Of a stretch of DNA of 64,000 nt, positions 10,873 to 20,451 are shown in pieces. The stretch lies in contig OZ245020.1 in assembly GCA_965223865.1 (NCBI GenBank), forward strand, positions 320,001-384,000. Direction: 5' to 3'. Within the stretch, counting starts at the first letter, position 1. Each line of letters begins with the position of its first letter. The notes beneath the pieces are model-generated. The model searched no databases. It had not been told where the DNA came from and saw nothing but the letters and a program-made list of their open reading frames with translations. This stretch comes from Nitrosarchaeum sp. (GTDB lineage Archaea; Thermoproteota; Nitrososphaeria; Nitrososphaerales; Nitrosopumilaceae). The position numbers and the translations under genes were made by a program.

Positions 10873-12000
10873 ATGGACGAAGTTTCTTATGTAGTGGTTT
10901 TCCCAAACGATTTTTCAAAAAATAAAATATCTCAATTAATTTTTAATATTAAAAAAATCTTGAAAATCAAAAATCAACAGTTCCGTTCGGTAAAAAGAGA
11001 TGGAGATGTAATTCTAGTAGATACTAATGATCCTGTTTTTTCCTCATCTGCAATAAATCTACTTTTTGGAATTAAAAAAGTTGCAATTGCAAGAAAAATT
11101 AAAAATAATTTTCAAGATATTGTATCTGAAATTACATCAGTAGGAGGAAATCTGCTTCTAAAGGGTGAAAGATTTTTGGTAAGAGTTGAGGGAACATCAA
11201 AAGGATTTTTTACCAAAGATGTAGAGCTTTCAGCAACCTCATCAATTATAGAAAAAAAATCAAATATTGATGCTAAACCTGGTACAGATGAAGACTATGA
11301 TAAAATACTATACACCTATCTTACAAAAAATAATGCCTACGTTTGTATATTTTCAGATATTGGACAAGGTGGAATACCATACCAATCACAAAATCAAAAT
11401 GTAATCTGCAGTGTTTATGATGAAATTTCTGCTGTATCTTGTTTTGAAACAATAAAACAAGGATTTAATCCAAAAATTATCGTATGCTATCAAAAAAAAT
11501 CTGAATTGATGAATTTGGTAAAAATGATTAATCAGATTATTCCAAGATTAGTAAAACAACAAATTGATATTGAATTTTTTCATATTAATACTACTGGTTC
11601 AGGATTTAAAAATTATCTTTTAATTCATTATTATGTATTAGAGATTATGCTTCGTTTATCTAAAGTAAACAAGATCAATCATGTTTCTATTGCATTGTCT
11701 CCATTGATATTTTCTGTTGATTTGATTGATAATTCAATACAACATGTGTTTGAAAATGGTTTAATTCCAATAGTTCCTTTGACAGGTATAGATTCCAATC
11801 TTTTTGAAGAACTCAAAGAGATTGGAATGGAAAAGAACATTCCAAAAACAAAAAAACTGATTTCAATGAATGCAAGAGATGTACCAGAGCCTTCAAACAG
11901 AATAATAGATGAGGTAATAAAATCTAGAAAAATAGTCAGTATTAATGTTGGACCAAATAATGTTCATGATATACTAGATTCACTAGATAAAAATCATTGA
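10873..12000 (+). CDS. ThiI-like THUMP-domain protein with degenerate PP-loop
   Basis: THUMP-like region (FLVRVEG...GQGGIP) followed by an adenine-nucleotide hydrolase-like region lacking SGGxDS; start placed at ATG 10873. Confidence 0.6.
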   Translation: MDEVSYVVVFPNDFSKNKISQLIFNIKKILKIKNQQFRSVKRDGDVILVDTNDPVFSSSAINLLFGIKKVAIARKIKNNFQDIVSEITSVGGNLLLKGERFLVRVEGTSKGFFTKDVELSATSSIIEKKSNIDAKPGTDEDYDKILYTYLTKNNAYVCIFSDIGQGGIPYQSQNQNVICSVYDEISAVSCFETIKQGFNPKIIVCYQKKSELMNLVKMINQIIPRLVKQQIDIEFFHINTTGSGFKNYLLIHYYVLEIMLRLSKVNKINHVSIALSPLIFSVDLIDNSIQHVFENGLIPIVPLTGIDSNLFEELKEIGMEKNIPKTKKLISMNARDVPEPSNRIIDEVIKSRKIVSINVGPNNVHDILDSLDKNH

Positions 12001-12030
12001 AAATTTAAACAGCATACACTGGTTTGATCT

Positions 12031-13266
12031 ATGTACAAAATAGGTGAGTTTATCTATCCTTGGGGAAGTGGTCACTATTCTAGAATGATGAGACTCAATT
12101 CCGTTTTGGGAGACCATATCAAAGGAGAATTAGAGATTCATTATTCTAGCAAAGATCATGTTTATCAAAAATTATTAGAAAAATTTCCTGAAAATAAAGA
12201 ACAGATTCACGAAATTTTGATGCCAACTCCTATTGATGGAAAATTTGGTCCTAGTGTTTCTTTATCTATGTTCAATTTGTTATTACCAGTTTCACAAAAT
12301 CCTCCACTGATTAAACAGATTGCAAGTTATTTGAGACAAGAAAGGAAGTTGTATGATACTGAAAAATTTGATCTTGTGATTAATGATGGAGATATGGGTT
12401 CCAATATTTTAGCTAATAATCGTAATATTCCAAGTTTGTTTGTAACAAATCAGTTTATGCCAAAATTATATAAATCAAGATCTTATTTTTATCCATCACT
12501 GATTTTTGTTGCTAAACAGATTGCAAAAGCTTCAAAAATTCTTGTAGCAGATTCTCCACCACCATACACTTTATGTGAATATAATCTAAATTTTACAAAA
12601 GAAGTAAAACATAAAGTAATCTATGTAGGCCATTTTACAAATTCAAAAATAATTAAGAGAAAATCATTATCGGATCTTGAAAAATTAATTCATAATTCAG
12701 AATTTGGTTATTGGATGAGAACAGGAAATAAATCAACAAATGATGGAACAGGTCAAAGATATGAGGAGGTTTTTCAAAAAGACGAAATGAAAAATGAAAA
12801 GAGAATCATATCACACGCAAGAAATAATTCATCAATTGATTCAGTAATTGGAGTAGATGGAGAAAGATATTCCGTGTCAGATGCGCTAGAGAAAAAAATT
12901 GATTGGATTCAGATAGATATTGGCTTTCTATCTGAACAAGAAAAAGAAACGGTACTTGATCTTTGTAAATACGCAGTTGTTAATGGTTCTCATACTGTTA
13001 TGGGAGAGATACTAGGTGGAAAGGCAAAACCAATAATTGGAATTCCAATTTATGATGAGCACACAAATAATATCAAATGGGCTGAAGAGAAGAATCTAGG
13101 GGTTTTAGCCGTCAAAACAAAACAAGTAGTAGTGGCTATATCAAAAATCAAAAATAATTATAATAAATTCGAAGAAAATCTTGCCGAATTTTCAAAAAAT
13201 TTTGTTCCTAATGGAGCAGAAAGTTCAGCAAAAATAATAGCCGAAATATTAGAAGAAAAGAGATAA
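12031..13266 (+). CDS. Glycosyltransferase (GT-B, MurG/GT28-like)
   Basis: GSGHYSR N-terminal motif, DLVIND, and C-terminal GSHTVMGE...KPIIGIP...EH. Confidence 0.8.
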   Translation: MYKIGEFIYPWGSGHYSRMMRLNSVLGDHIKGELEIHYSSKDHVYQKLLEKFPENKEQIHEILMPTPIDGKFGPSVSLSMFNLLLPVSQNPPLIKQIASYLRQERKLYDTEKFDLVINDGDMGSNILANNRNIPSLFVTNQFMPKLYKSRSYFYPSLIFVAKQIAKASKILVADSPPPYTLCEYNLNFTKEVKHKVIYVGHFTNSKIIKRKSLSDLEKLIHNSEFGYWMRTGNKSTNDGTGQRYEEVFQKDEMKNEKRIISHARNNSSIDSVIGVDGERYSVSDALEKKIDWIQIDIGFLSEQEKETVLDLCKYAVVNGSHTVMGEILGGKAKPIIGIPIYDEHTNNIKWAEEKNLGVLAVKTKQVVVAISKIKNNYNKFEENLAEFSKNFVPNGAESSAKIIAEILEEKR

Positions 13267-13290
13267 TACATAATTTTGACATCTTTTTTG

Positions 13291-13361
13291 TATCTGGCAC
13301 GCGGGAAGTTCGATGGGCGAACGGACCGCAAGGGATGACGATAAAATCCGCGTGTCAGATA
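13291..13361 (+). ncRNA. Candidate structured RNA (multi-stem), family unknown
   Basis: GC-rich island in an AT-rich spacer; 14-bp closing stem TATCTGGCACGCGG/CCGCGTGTCAGATA with one G-U pair on +, enclosing a GTTCG/CGAAC hairpin and a CC-GCAA-GG hairpin. Confidence 0.5.
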
Positions 13362-13421
13362 GAATCGATCAGAAAATTAATGTGGGAACGCTTTTATGGA
13401 AAAAATTAGGCCAAATCATCA

Positions 13422-13730
13422 GTGCCTAACTGTCCTGAATGTACCGCAAGAGAAAAAAAGAAAATTCAAGAAAAGTATGAAGCAGAAACTCCAGAAGAAG
13501 AAAGAGGGAGAGATGATTTGTATAAATTATTTGATCAAATAGATATTCCTATGAAATTAGATACTGCAACAAAACATTTCATTTGCAAGCGATGTGGACT
13601 ATATGCAACAAGAGAACAAGTTTCTGACATTAGATACAAACTCAACCAAAGGGAAAAAACACGTGAAGATAAGCAAGATGATTATCTTGATTGGTGGCAA
13701 AAAAGCAAAAAAGAAAAACAAGAAAATTAG
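13422..13730 (+). CDS. Small Zn-binding hypothetical protein
   Basis: CPEC and CKRC pairs; GTG start. Confidence 0.75.
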   Translation: MPNCPECTAREKKKIQEKYEAETPEEERGRDDLYKLFDQIDIPMKLDTATKHFICKRCGLYATREQVSDIRYKLNQREKTREDKQDDYLDWWQKSKKEKQEN

Positions 13731-13738
13731 TGGTATTT

Positions 13739-14137
13739 ATGGCAAAAAAGAAAGATGACATACCAAGTTGGGTTACTGATGAGATTCAAAATGCAAAGTT
13801 TGGAAAACCGGAGGAACTAAAAAGATCTGGATACATTCTCGAAATTTATGATGCTGATAATAAAATAGATGCTCAATTGTATGATCCAGTTGAGGATGGT
13901 AGACATATTGTAACAATGGATTTACCAAAAAAAATCAAAGTATCAGATTTGGAAAAAGGAGTAGTATACGAATTTACTTTTGATCAACACAAGGCTCCAT
14001 TAAGTAAAAAAGTTTCAGAATACCTTCAAAAAGAAAAAGAGATTGATATGAATGCAATATATCAATTTGAGTTAAAATCTATGGAATTGCTAGATGTAGG
14101 GTCTAGCGAATCTGCAGATGATAATATGGATGAATAA
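13739..14137 (+). CDS. Hypothetical protein (possible OB-like fold)
   Basis: ORF directly after the previous gene; start placed at ATG 13739. Confidence 0.7.
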   Translation: MAKKKDDIPSWVTDEIQNAKFGKPEELKRSGYILEIYDADNKIDAQLYDPVEDGRHIVTMDLPKKIKVSDLEKGVVYEFTFDQHKAPLSKKVSEYLQKEKEIDMNAIYQFELKSMELLDVGSSESADDNMDE

Positions 14138-14139
14138 AA

Positions 14140-14940
14140 CTAATCACTGTTTTTAGAGTTTAATTGTTTTTTAAAAGCTGAACCTAGTATGGGGTTTATG
14201 AAATATGGAAATGTGCTCTTCAACCATACTACACCACGAACAGCAGAAGGTACAATAATTTCTAATCTTGGAGAATTTGCTGCTCTTAAAATTGCCTTTG
14301 TAACTGTTTTTGCATTAAGAGATGTTGGTGAATATTTTGGCATTTTTTCAAAAGAAGGATGATCAAAAAAATCCGTACGGACCATAATTGGGCTTACGAC
14401 TGTAACCCCAACACCAGATTCATTTAGTTCATGTTTGAGACCCTCAGAAAATCCCAACATAGCAAATTTCGAAGCACAATATGAAGCAATTCCTGGTAAA
14501 CCAAAACTTGCAGCAACTGAAGCTACATTTACAATATGACCTGATTTTCTTTCAAGCATAGATGGAAGAAAATTTTTGACACAATAAATCATTCCAAAGT
14601 AATTTGTTGCCATTTGAGATTCAATCTCTTCAATAGTTAAATCAGACACAGAACCATAAATTGCAAATCCAGCATTATTAATCAAAATATCAACATGACC
14701 AAACTTTTCTAAAACAGTTTCAGACATTCTTGAAACTTGGGATTTATCTGAAACATCACATTCGCAAATCATGGTTGATACTTTGAATTTTTGTAATTCT
14801 TTTTCAAGTTCTTCTAGCTTTTGTTTTCTTCGTGCAATTAGAACTATTTTGGCATCCTTTTTTGCAAATTCTATTGCAGTCTCTTTTCCAATTCCTGACG
14901 ATGCTCCGGTGATTAGTACAATTTTATTTTTAAAATCCAT
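14140..14940 (-). CDS. Short-chain dehydrogenase/reductase
   Basis: TGASSGIG, NNAG and YCASK motifs. Confidence 0.93.
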   Translation of the reverse strand: MDFKNKIVLITGASSGIGKETAIEFAKKDAKIVLIARRKQKLEELEKELQKFKVSTMICECDVSDKSQVSRMSETVLEKFGHVDILINNAGFAIYGSVSDLTIEEIESQMATNYFGMIYCVKNFLPSMLERKSGHIVNVASVAASFGLPGIASYCASKFAMLGFSEGLKHELNESGVGVTVVSPIMVRTDFFDHPSFEKMPKYSPTSLNAKTVTKAILRAANSPRLEIIVPSAVRGVVWLKSTFPYFINPILGSAFKKQLNSKNSD

Positions 14941-14975
14941 AAATCAAAAAAATTCATTAAAAGATAAAGTGGTTT

Positions 14976-15992
14976 CTATGAAGCCTTAGGTTTTGATATC
15001 TTGCTTAGGGCCAGCTTGACAAGCAATAACCAAGTGATTGCTATTGGTACATAATAGGTTGCAATTCTCCAACCAATCACTGCATCCCAGGCAACTGCAC
15101 CTTCAGGTATGTCAAAGTTGAATGGATCCAAGTCATTAAGGTACGCAACTATGCCAAATTCGGCCAATCCAGAGCCACCAACAGTAATTGGCAAGTTTCC
15201 AATTGCATTTGCACCCATCACTGCCATTATGGACTCAAAGGCGCTGATGAAATATCCTGTTCCAAATGCAATTATCATAAATGAGATCCCATAAAATGCC
15301 CAAGACGCAAGTGAGAAGAAGAACGAAACAGTAAAGACTTTCTTGGATTCTGTTGTTCTAAGATTTTTTCTACTCATCATGCAGACTTCTGCCATCCAGC
15401 CATTTGTCTGCTCTATGTACTTTGCACCTTTCTCCTTTCCAAATCGTTGTACAAGTGTGGATAATACAGATGGCACTTGGAATGTTCTTTTGGATGATAA
15501 AAAGAACAGAACCATCCACAGTGATGTTACGGTGATGCTTGTTCCTAAGATTACACCTGCAACAATGTATGCACCATGCATCAAAGCTATAATTCCAGCC
15601 ATGATTGACAGTAAACCCCCTGCAAAAACCTCAGTTACTATATCCATTATTGCAATCCAAGTGGACTTTGATGGTGAGACGCCTTTTTTGTGCAGATAGT
15701 AAATTACAATAAATTCTGCCCCAACAAACATTGGGGTTGTAAACTTGATGAACTCACTTCCTACCCTTACACCAGTAAGCTTCCAAACAGAGTCAAACTT
15801 TCCAAGATAATTCTGAGCAATGTATGCAAACTTTACGCCTTGAAGACCAAGCTTTATCATCATTGCAACAACGGCACCAACAAATGGGAGGATTCCAATA
15901 GCCAAAACATCTTCTGGCTTTATGTCAAACTGGATGGCAATGATAATAATTGGAATCAGCGTAGCGGGGATGGCAACGGCTCTCCAGTTCAT
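14976..15992 (-). CDS. Flippase-like / lysylphosphatidylglycerol synthase TM-domain protein (UPF0104)
   Basis: Multi-TM protein with TPMFVGAE, LPITVGGSGLAE and WRIATYY motifs. Confidence 0.8.
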   Translation of the reverse strand: MNWRAVAIPATLIPIIIIAIQFDIKPEDVLAIGILPFVGAVVAMMIKLGLQGVKFAYIAQNYLGKFDSVWKLTGVRVGSEFIKFTTPMFVGAEFIVIYYLHKKGVSPSKSTWIAIMDIVTEVFAGGLLSIMAGIIALMHGAYIVAGVILGTSITVTSLWMVLFFLSSKRTFQVPSVLSTLVQRFGKEKGAKYIEQTNGWMAEVCMMSRKNLRTTESKKVFTVSFFFSLASWAFYGISFMIIAFGTGYFISAFESIMAVMGANAIGNLPITVGGSGLAEFGIVAYLNDLDPFNFDIPEGAVAWDAVIGWRIATYYVPIAITWLLLVKLALSKISKPKAS

Positions 15993-16167
15993 TTGATGAT
16001 TTCTTTTTAGATACAAATATGAAAGTTGAGTGGTCTTTTCTAGATGATGGTTTTGTGTTTAGGCACAGAATTTCAAAAATTGATCAAATTCAAGTCGATT
16101 ATAGAATAAAATATTCTGAGTAGATTTAAGTTTGAAATATAAGCAAAAAAGGAAGATCCAGAAAGGG

Positions 16168-16926
16168 ATGAAAACAATTTTTATTTCTGGAACTGCTGGT
16201 TCAGGAAAATCTCTTCTTTCATCAAAACTAAATGAATATTATACAAAAAATGGTGCATTTACTGCTGTCTTGAATCTAGATCCAGGTGTTGAAAACTTGC
16301 CATACACATGTGATATTGATGTCAGGGATTACGTAGACATTGTATCGATAATGAATCAGTATGACTTGGGACCTAATGGTGCACTTGTCATGGCAAATGA
16401 TCTAATAGCTTCTAAAATTGATGATATTCAAAATGAAGTTAATAGAGTTAATCCAGATTATCTGATAGTTGATACGCCAGGTCAGATAGAATTATTTGCA
16501 TATCGTTCTAGTGGTAGATTTCTTGTGGAAAATATTACCTCTGAAGAAAAGACAAGTCTTTTTCTCTTTGATGGTGCATTAATTACCACTCCAGTAAATT
16601 TTGTATCTATTGCACTTTTAGCTACATCCATTAGACTACGTTTGAATTTGCCTACAGTTAATGTGGTTACTAAAGCAGATCTGATTGGCTCAAAGATTAA
16701 AGATATTCTTCAGTGGTCTACTAGTATTAGAACTCTTGAGAATGCAATTGCTAATGAGGCAGATGGTGAAACCTACTCACTAACTACAAATATTTTACGA
16801 GGTTTAAACTTGAGTGGATTTGCGCAAGGATTAATTCCGATTTCTAATGTAACAGGTGAAGGATTGGTGAATTTAGAAGGGGCATTAAGCAGAATTCTTA
16901 ATTTGGGTGAAGAGGTAGAAGACTAG
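16168..16926 (+). CDS. GPN-loop GTPase
   Basis: GTAGSGKS, NLDPG, LGPNG and DTPGQIE motifs. Confidence 0.93.
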   Translation: MKTIFISGTAGSGKSLLSSKLNEYYTKNGAFTAVLNLDPGVENLPYTCDIDVRDYVDIVSIMNQYDLGPNGALVMANDLIASKIDDIQNEVNRVNPDYLIVDTPGQIELFAYRSSGRFLVENITSEEKTSLFLFDGALITTPVNFVSIALLATSIRLRLNLPTVNVVTKADLIGSKIKDILQWSTSIRTLENAIANEADGETYSLTTNILRGLNLSGFAQGLIPISNVTGEGLVNLEGALSRILNLGEEVED

Positions 16927-17853
16927 ATGACTTCAAAAGTTACTGTTACAGCTCCATCATCTACTGCAAACTTGGGCCCTGGATTCGATGTGTTTGGATT
17001 GGCAGTTGATGCATTTTTTGATCAGATTACATTAACAAAAAAGAAGCAAAAAGGAATCAGTATTGTTACTGAAGATAAGATTCCAACTAATCCTGAGAAT
17101 AATACTGCAGGATTAGTTGTAAAAAACATGATGAAAAGATTCAAAATCAAAGATGGTATTGAAGTCAGAATCAAAAAAGGAGTTCCCGCAGGATTTGGAA
17201 TGGGTAGTAGTGCAGCATCAGCTGCTGCAACAGCAGTTGCCTTTGACAAATTGTATGGATTGAAGCTTGATGGAAGTTCCTTGGTAGAATTTGCAGGATC
17301 AGGAGAGAAAGCTAGTGCAGGATCTGTTCACTATGATAATGTTGCTGCATCTGTATTAGGTGGATTTGTTATTGTTAAAACAAACCCATTAGAAATAATC
17401 CAAATTGTACCTCCAACAAATCTAAAGATGTGTGTCGCAATTCCAAAATTAATAGTTCCAAAAAAAAAGACCAAGGTTTCAAGAGGAGTAATTCCTAGTA
17501 AAGTGAATTTGGGTGATAGTGTTTTGAATTTATCAAATGCAGCAGCAATTGTGGCAGGATTTATGAAAAAAGACCCTGAATTGATCGGAAGATCAATTCA
17601 AGATGTTATTGTTGAACCTGCGCGGCAACATATGATTCCTGGATTTGTAAAAGTAAAAGAAAATGCACTAAAATCAGGTGCACTAGGTGTAACTATCAGT
17701 GGAGCGGGACCCTCAGTTATTGCATTTTCAAAAAGTTCGGCCAATTTGAAGGGAATCTGTATGGCAATGACTAGAGGGTTTTCATCTGCAAATACTAAAT
17801 GCCAGACTGTTATTTGTAAACCAAGTAAGGGTGCTACAGTAATAAGAAAATAA
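16927..17853 (+). CDS. thrB: Homoserine kinase
   Basis: APSSTANLGPGFD, GMGSSAAS, HYDNVA and SGAGPS motifs. Confidence 0.95.
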   Translation: MTSKVTVTAPSSTANLGPGFDVFGLAVDAFFDQITLTKKKQKGISIVTEDKIPTNPENNTAGLVVKNMMKRFKIKDGIEVRIKKGVPAGFGMGSSAASAAATAVAFDKLYGLKLDGSSLVEFAGSGEKASAGSVHYDNVAASVLGGFVIVKTNPLEIIQIVPPTNLKMCVAIPKLIVPKKKTKVSRGVIPSKVNLGDSVLNLSNAAAIVAGFMKKDPELIGRSIQDVIVEPARQHMIPGFVKVKENALKSGALGVTISGAGPSVIAFSKSSANLKGICMAMTRGFSSANTKCQTVICKPSKGATVIRK

Positions 17854-17868
17854 TTTGAAGGGAGGTCT

Positions 17869-18543
17869 ATGAAAAAAGCTGTAATTGTATTTAGTGGAGG
17901 AATAGATTCTGTTTGTTCAGCATCATTTTTAAAACCAAAATACGATCTTTATGGAATTTCGTTTTCGTATGGTCAAAAAGCTAGTCAGGAAATTGTTACG
18001 GCAAAAAGGTTTGTAAAAAAACTAGGATTAAAACAACATAAGATTATCGATATTAATTTTATGAAAAATTTGTATGGAGATTCAAACGTCTTAACAAGTA
18101 ATAAAAAGAAAATACCAAGTGAATTTGACTATTCAATTGTGGTGCCTATTAGAAACGCAGTTTTTCTGTCTATAGCCTCTGCATGGGCTTACACTTTGAA
18201 TGCTTCTCTTGTAGCATATGGAGCACATACTGGTGACAAACAATATCCTGATTGTAGACCAGTTTTTGCAAAAAAATTAGAATCAGCATTCAATCAAGGT
18301 GAAATTGATGGAATAAACTCAGGATTACGAAAAAATATTGAAATATGGTCGCCTTATCGTAATGGTTTATCAAAAAGTGATTTGTTAAAAGAGGGAATAA
18401 GAAATTTGGGAGATTCGATTTTTGGTACATGGAGTTGTTATTCTAATAAAAAATTTCATTGTGGTATTTGTGAATCTTGTAATAATAGAAAAAGTGCATT
18501 TGACAAGGCTGGAATAAAAGACAAAACAAAATACATAAAATAA
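17869..18543 (+). CDS. queC: 7-cyano-7-deazaguanine synthase
   Basis: SGGIDS, VPIRN, YPDCRP and WSCY...CGICESC motifs. Confidence 0.94.
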   Translation: MKKAVIVFSGGIDSVCSASFLKPKYDLYGISFSYGQKASQEIVTAKRFVKKLGLKQHKIIDINFMKNLYGDSNVLTSNKKKIPSEFDYSIVVPIRNAVFLSIASAWAYTLNASLVAYGAHTGDKQYPDCRPVFAKKLESAFNQGEIDGINSGLRKNIEIWSPYRNGLSKSDLLKEGIRNLGDSIFGTWSCYSNKKFHCGICESCNNRKSAFDKAGIKDKTKYIK

Positions 18544-18544
18544 T

Positions 18545-18808
18545 TTAGTATTTGTTACTAAGGATCTTCTTTTTAAGAATAAAACTTCTAATTATAATAT
18601 ACCAAATAAAGAAAATTGCTCCAACAATTCCCATAAACACCCAATTTTGTATTTCAGGAGTCAATCCTTCAAAGGAATTTGTTATTTCTCGTGAAACTAA
18701 CATTGAAATTGCAATAACAATTCCAAATTCTATTGCATACCATGTCCAGTTAGGCCATGATTCTTTTGGAACATGAACATTTGGATGTGCCCCCATGAAT
18801 GTTGTCAA
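18545..18808 (-). CDS. Small membrane protein (2 TM)
   Basis: 87-aa ORF with two hydrophobic helices. Confidence 0.65.
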   Translation of the reverse strand: MTTFMGAHPNVHVPKESWPNWTWYAIEFGIVIAISMLVSREITNSFEGLTPEIQNWVFMGIVGAIFFIWYIIIRSFILKKKILSNKY

Positions 18809-18837
18809 AAAGATTGATTATTTAATTTTTCACTACA

Positions 18838-19395
18838 TTATAGTAGGTTATCAGAAGGGCGTCTTCTAATCATAGCCATAATGTTCTCTTTTTCTTCCTT
18901 GTTTTCGTAAACCCCTCTATATGCTGATGAAGAAAGCATTGCATCATTTCTGACTCCACGCATCTTCATGCACAAATGTTCTGCATCTGCTAAAACTACC
19001 ACACCTTTTACTCCCTGAGCATACAACTCATCAGCAATATCTTTGGTGAGTCTTTCTTGAATTTGCAGTCTCTTTGAGAATTTTTCTACTAATCTTACTA
19101 GTTTTGATATTCCAAAAACCCTTCCATTGGGGGAGTAGGCAATGTGAATTTTGCCAAAAAACGGAAGCATGTGATGTTCACACATTGAATAAAACTGAAT
19201 ATTTCTGGCAACAACTACGTCAGAATCTTCTGAAAACTGTACAGATAGACCCGAATCTGATTCATATCCACTAAATATTTCCTTGTACATATCTGCAATC
19301 CTCTCAGGAGTATCCCTTAATCCCTCTCGAGTGGGATCTTCTCCGATTTCAATAATTAATTCCCTAACAAGTTTTTTAACACGTTCTTTGTCCAT
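18838..19395 (-). CDS. folE: GTP cyclohydrolase I (FolE type)
   Basis: REGLRDTPER, SMCEHH, RLQIQER and HLCMKMRG motifs. Confidence 0.95.
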   Translation of the reverse strand: MDKERVKKLVRELIIEIGEDPTREGLRDTPERIADMYKEIFSGYESDSGLSVQFSEDSDVVVARNIQFYSMCEHHMLPFFGKIHIAYSPNGRVFGISKLVRLVEKFSKRLQIQERLTKDIADELYAQGVKGVVVLADAEHLCMKMRGVRNDAMLSSSAYRGVYENKEEKENIMAMIRRRPSDNLL

Positions 19396-19458
19396 TTTAT
19401 GATCACAGAGATTTATGCTAGTATTTGAACCTAATCGATTTTTTTACGCTAGAGATAA

Positions 19459-20172
19459 CTATGGAGCGCCAATTAATTTATGAAGTTGTGGTACTACTTT
19501 GACATCACGATAATGTGGATAGACAGAATCATAAAATTCTAAAAGTAGCTCCAAGGAGGGTTCAGCTACTCCAAAAGTTGGTTGTATAATAAATCCATCA
19601 ATCTCTTTTTTTGAAATAGTATTGAAGATTTTAGTTACGAGAAACTTGAAATCAGCTAATTTTGTTTTAGAGCTTACAACAATTTTGATATATGTTGTTT
19701 TTTTAGCTGATACTGATAACTCTAGGCATTTAATAGCATTTTCAATGAGTGTATCATAGTGTTTAGAATCAACAAAATTAGAATCTCTTGTCTTAAATTC
19801 TATTTTTACAATATCAATATGTGGTAAAACAATGCTGAATCTTTTTGAATCAAAACAGGATGATTCAAGGTAGGTAGGAATTTTTTTTGATTGAACATAT
19901 TTTGCAAGTTCAGCTACAGCTTGATGTTGAATTAATGGATCACCACCTGTAAAATTTACTTTGAATGTTTTATCTTTGAGATTACCGTCAATAAGTTTGA
20001 ATACCTCCTCCAATGAATATTCACTGCCTGAATCTAGAGGTAAAGATTCTTTTGTATCGCAATAAAAACAAGTAAAGGGACATCCAGCTAACCTGACAAA
20101 AAGAGTCTTTGTACCAAAAAGAATTCCTTCTCCTTCAACTGAAGTGAATATCTCAAATAATCTAACTTTCAA
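19459..20172 (-). CDS. queE: 7-carboxy-7-deazaguanine synthase (radical SAM)
   Basis: EIFTSVEGEG, CPFTCFYCDT, TGGDP and PQLHK motifs; clustered with folE and queC. Confidence 0.9.
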   Translation of the reverse strand: MKVRLFEIFTSVEGEGILFGTKTLFVRLAGCPFTCFYCDTKESLPLDSGSEYSLEEVFKLIDGNLKDKTFKVNFTGGDPLIQHQAVAELAKYVQSKKIPTYLESSCFDSKRFSIVLPHIDIVKIEFKTRDSNFVDSKHYDTLIENAIKCLELSVSAKKTTYIKIVVSSKTKLADFKFLVTKIFNTISKKEIDGFIIQPTFGVAEPSLELLLEFYDSVYPHYRDVKVVPQLHKLIGAP

Positions 20173-20215
20173 TAATTTGTAGAAATTGTTTTCATTATTT
20201 ATTCAATGAGTCTTT

Positions 20216-20416
20216 TCAATGCATAACAGGTTCTTTTGTATAAAATAAGCCTGAAATAAAGATAACAACGCCTAGAATACCAATTAGACTTCCAACGAAT
20301 TCCACAGTATTTCGCATTTCTCCTTCAACAGGAGCCCAAAGCCACGCCATAAGAGCTCCAACTACAATCATTGGAATGCCTACTCCAACAGTAATTGCTT
20401 TAGAAGCCATGCTCAC
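20216..20416 (-). CDS. Small membrane protein (2 TM)
   Basis: 66-aa hydrophobic hairpin ORF. Confidence 0.65.
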   Translation of the reverse strand: MSMASKAITVGVGIPMIVVGALMAWLWAPVEGEMRNTVEFVGSLIGILGVVIFISGLFYTKEPVMH

Positions 20417-20451
20417 TCTGTTTTGAAAATGTATATGAAGTTTATGATAAT

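Noticed and set aside
13291-13361. tRNA, hammerhead ribozyme or SECIS identity
   Set aside because: No cloverleaf with a proper T-arm and anticodon arm, no CUGAUGA/GAAA core, and no in-frame UGA selenoprotein nearby.
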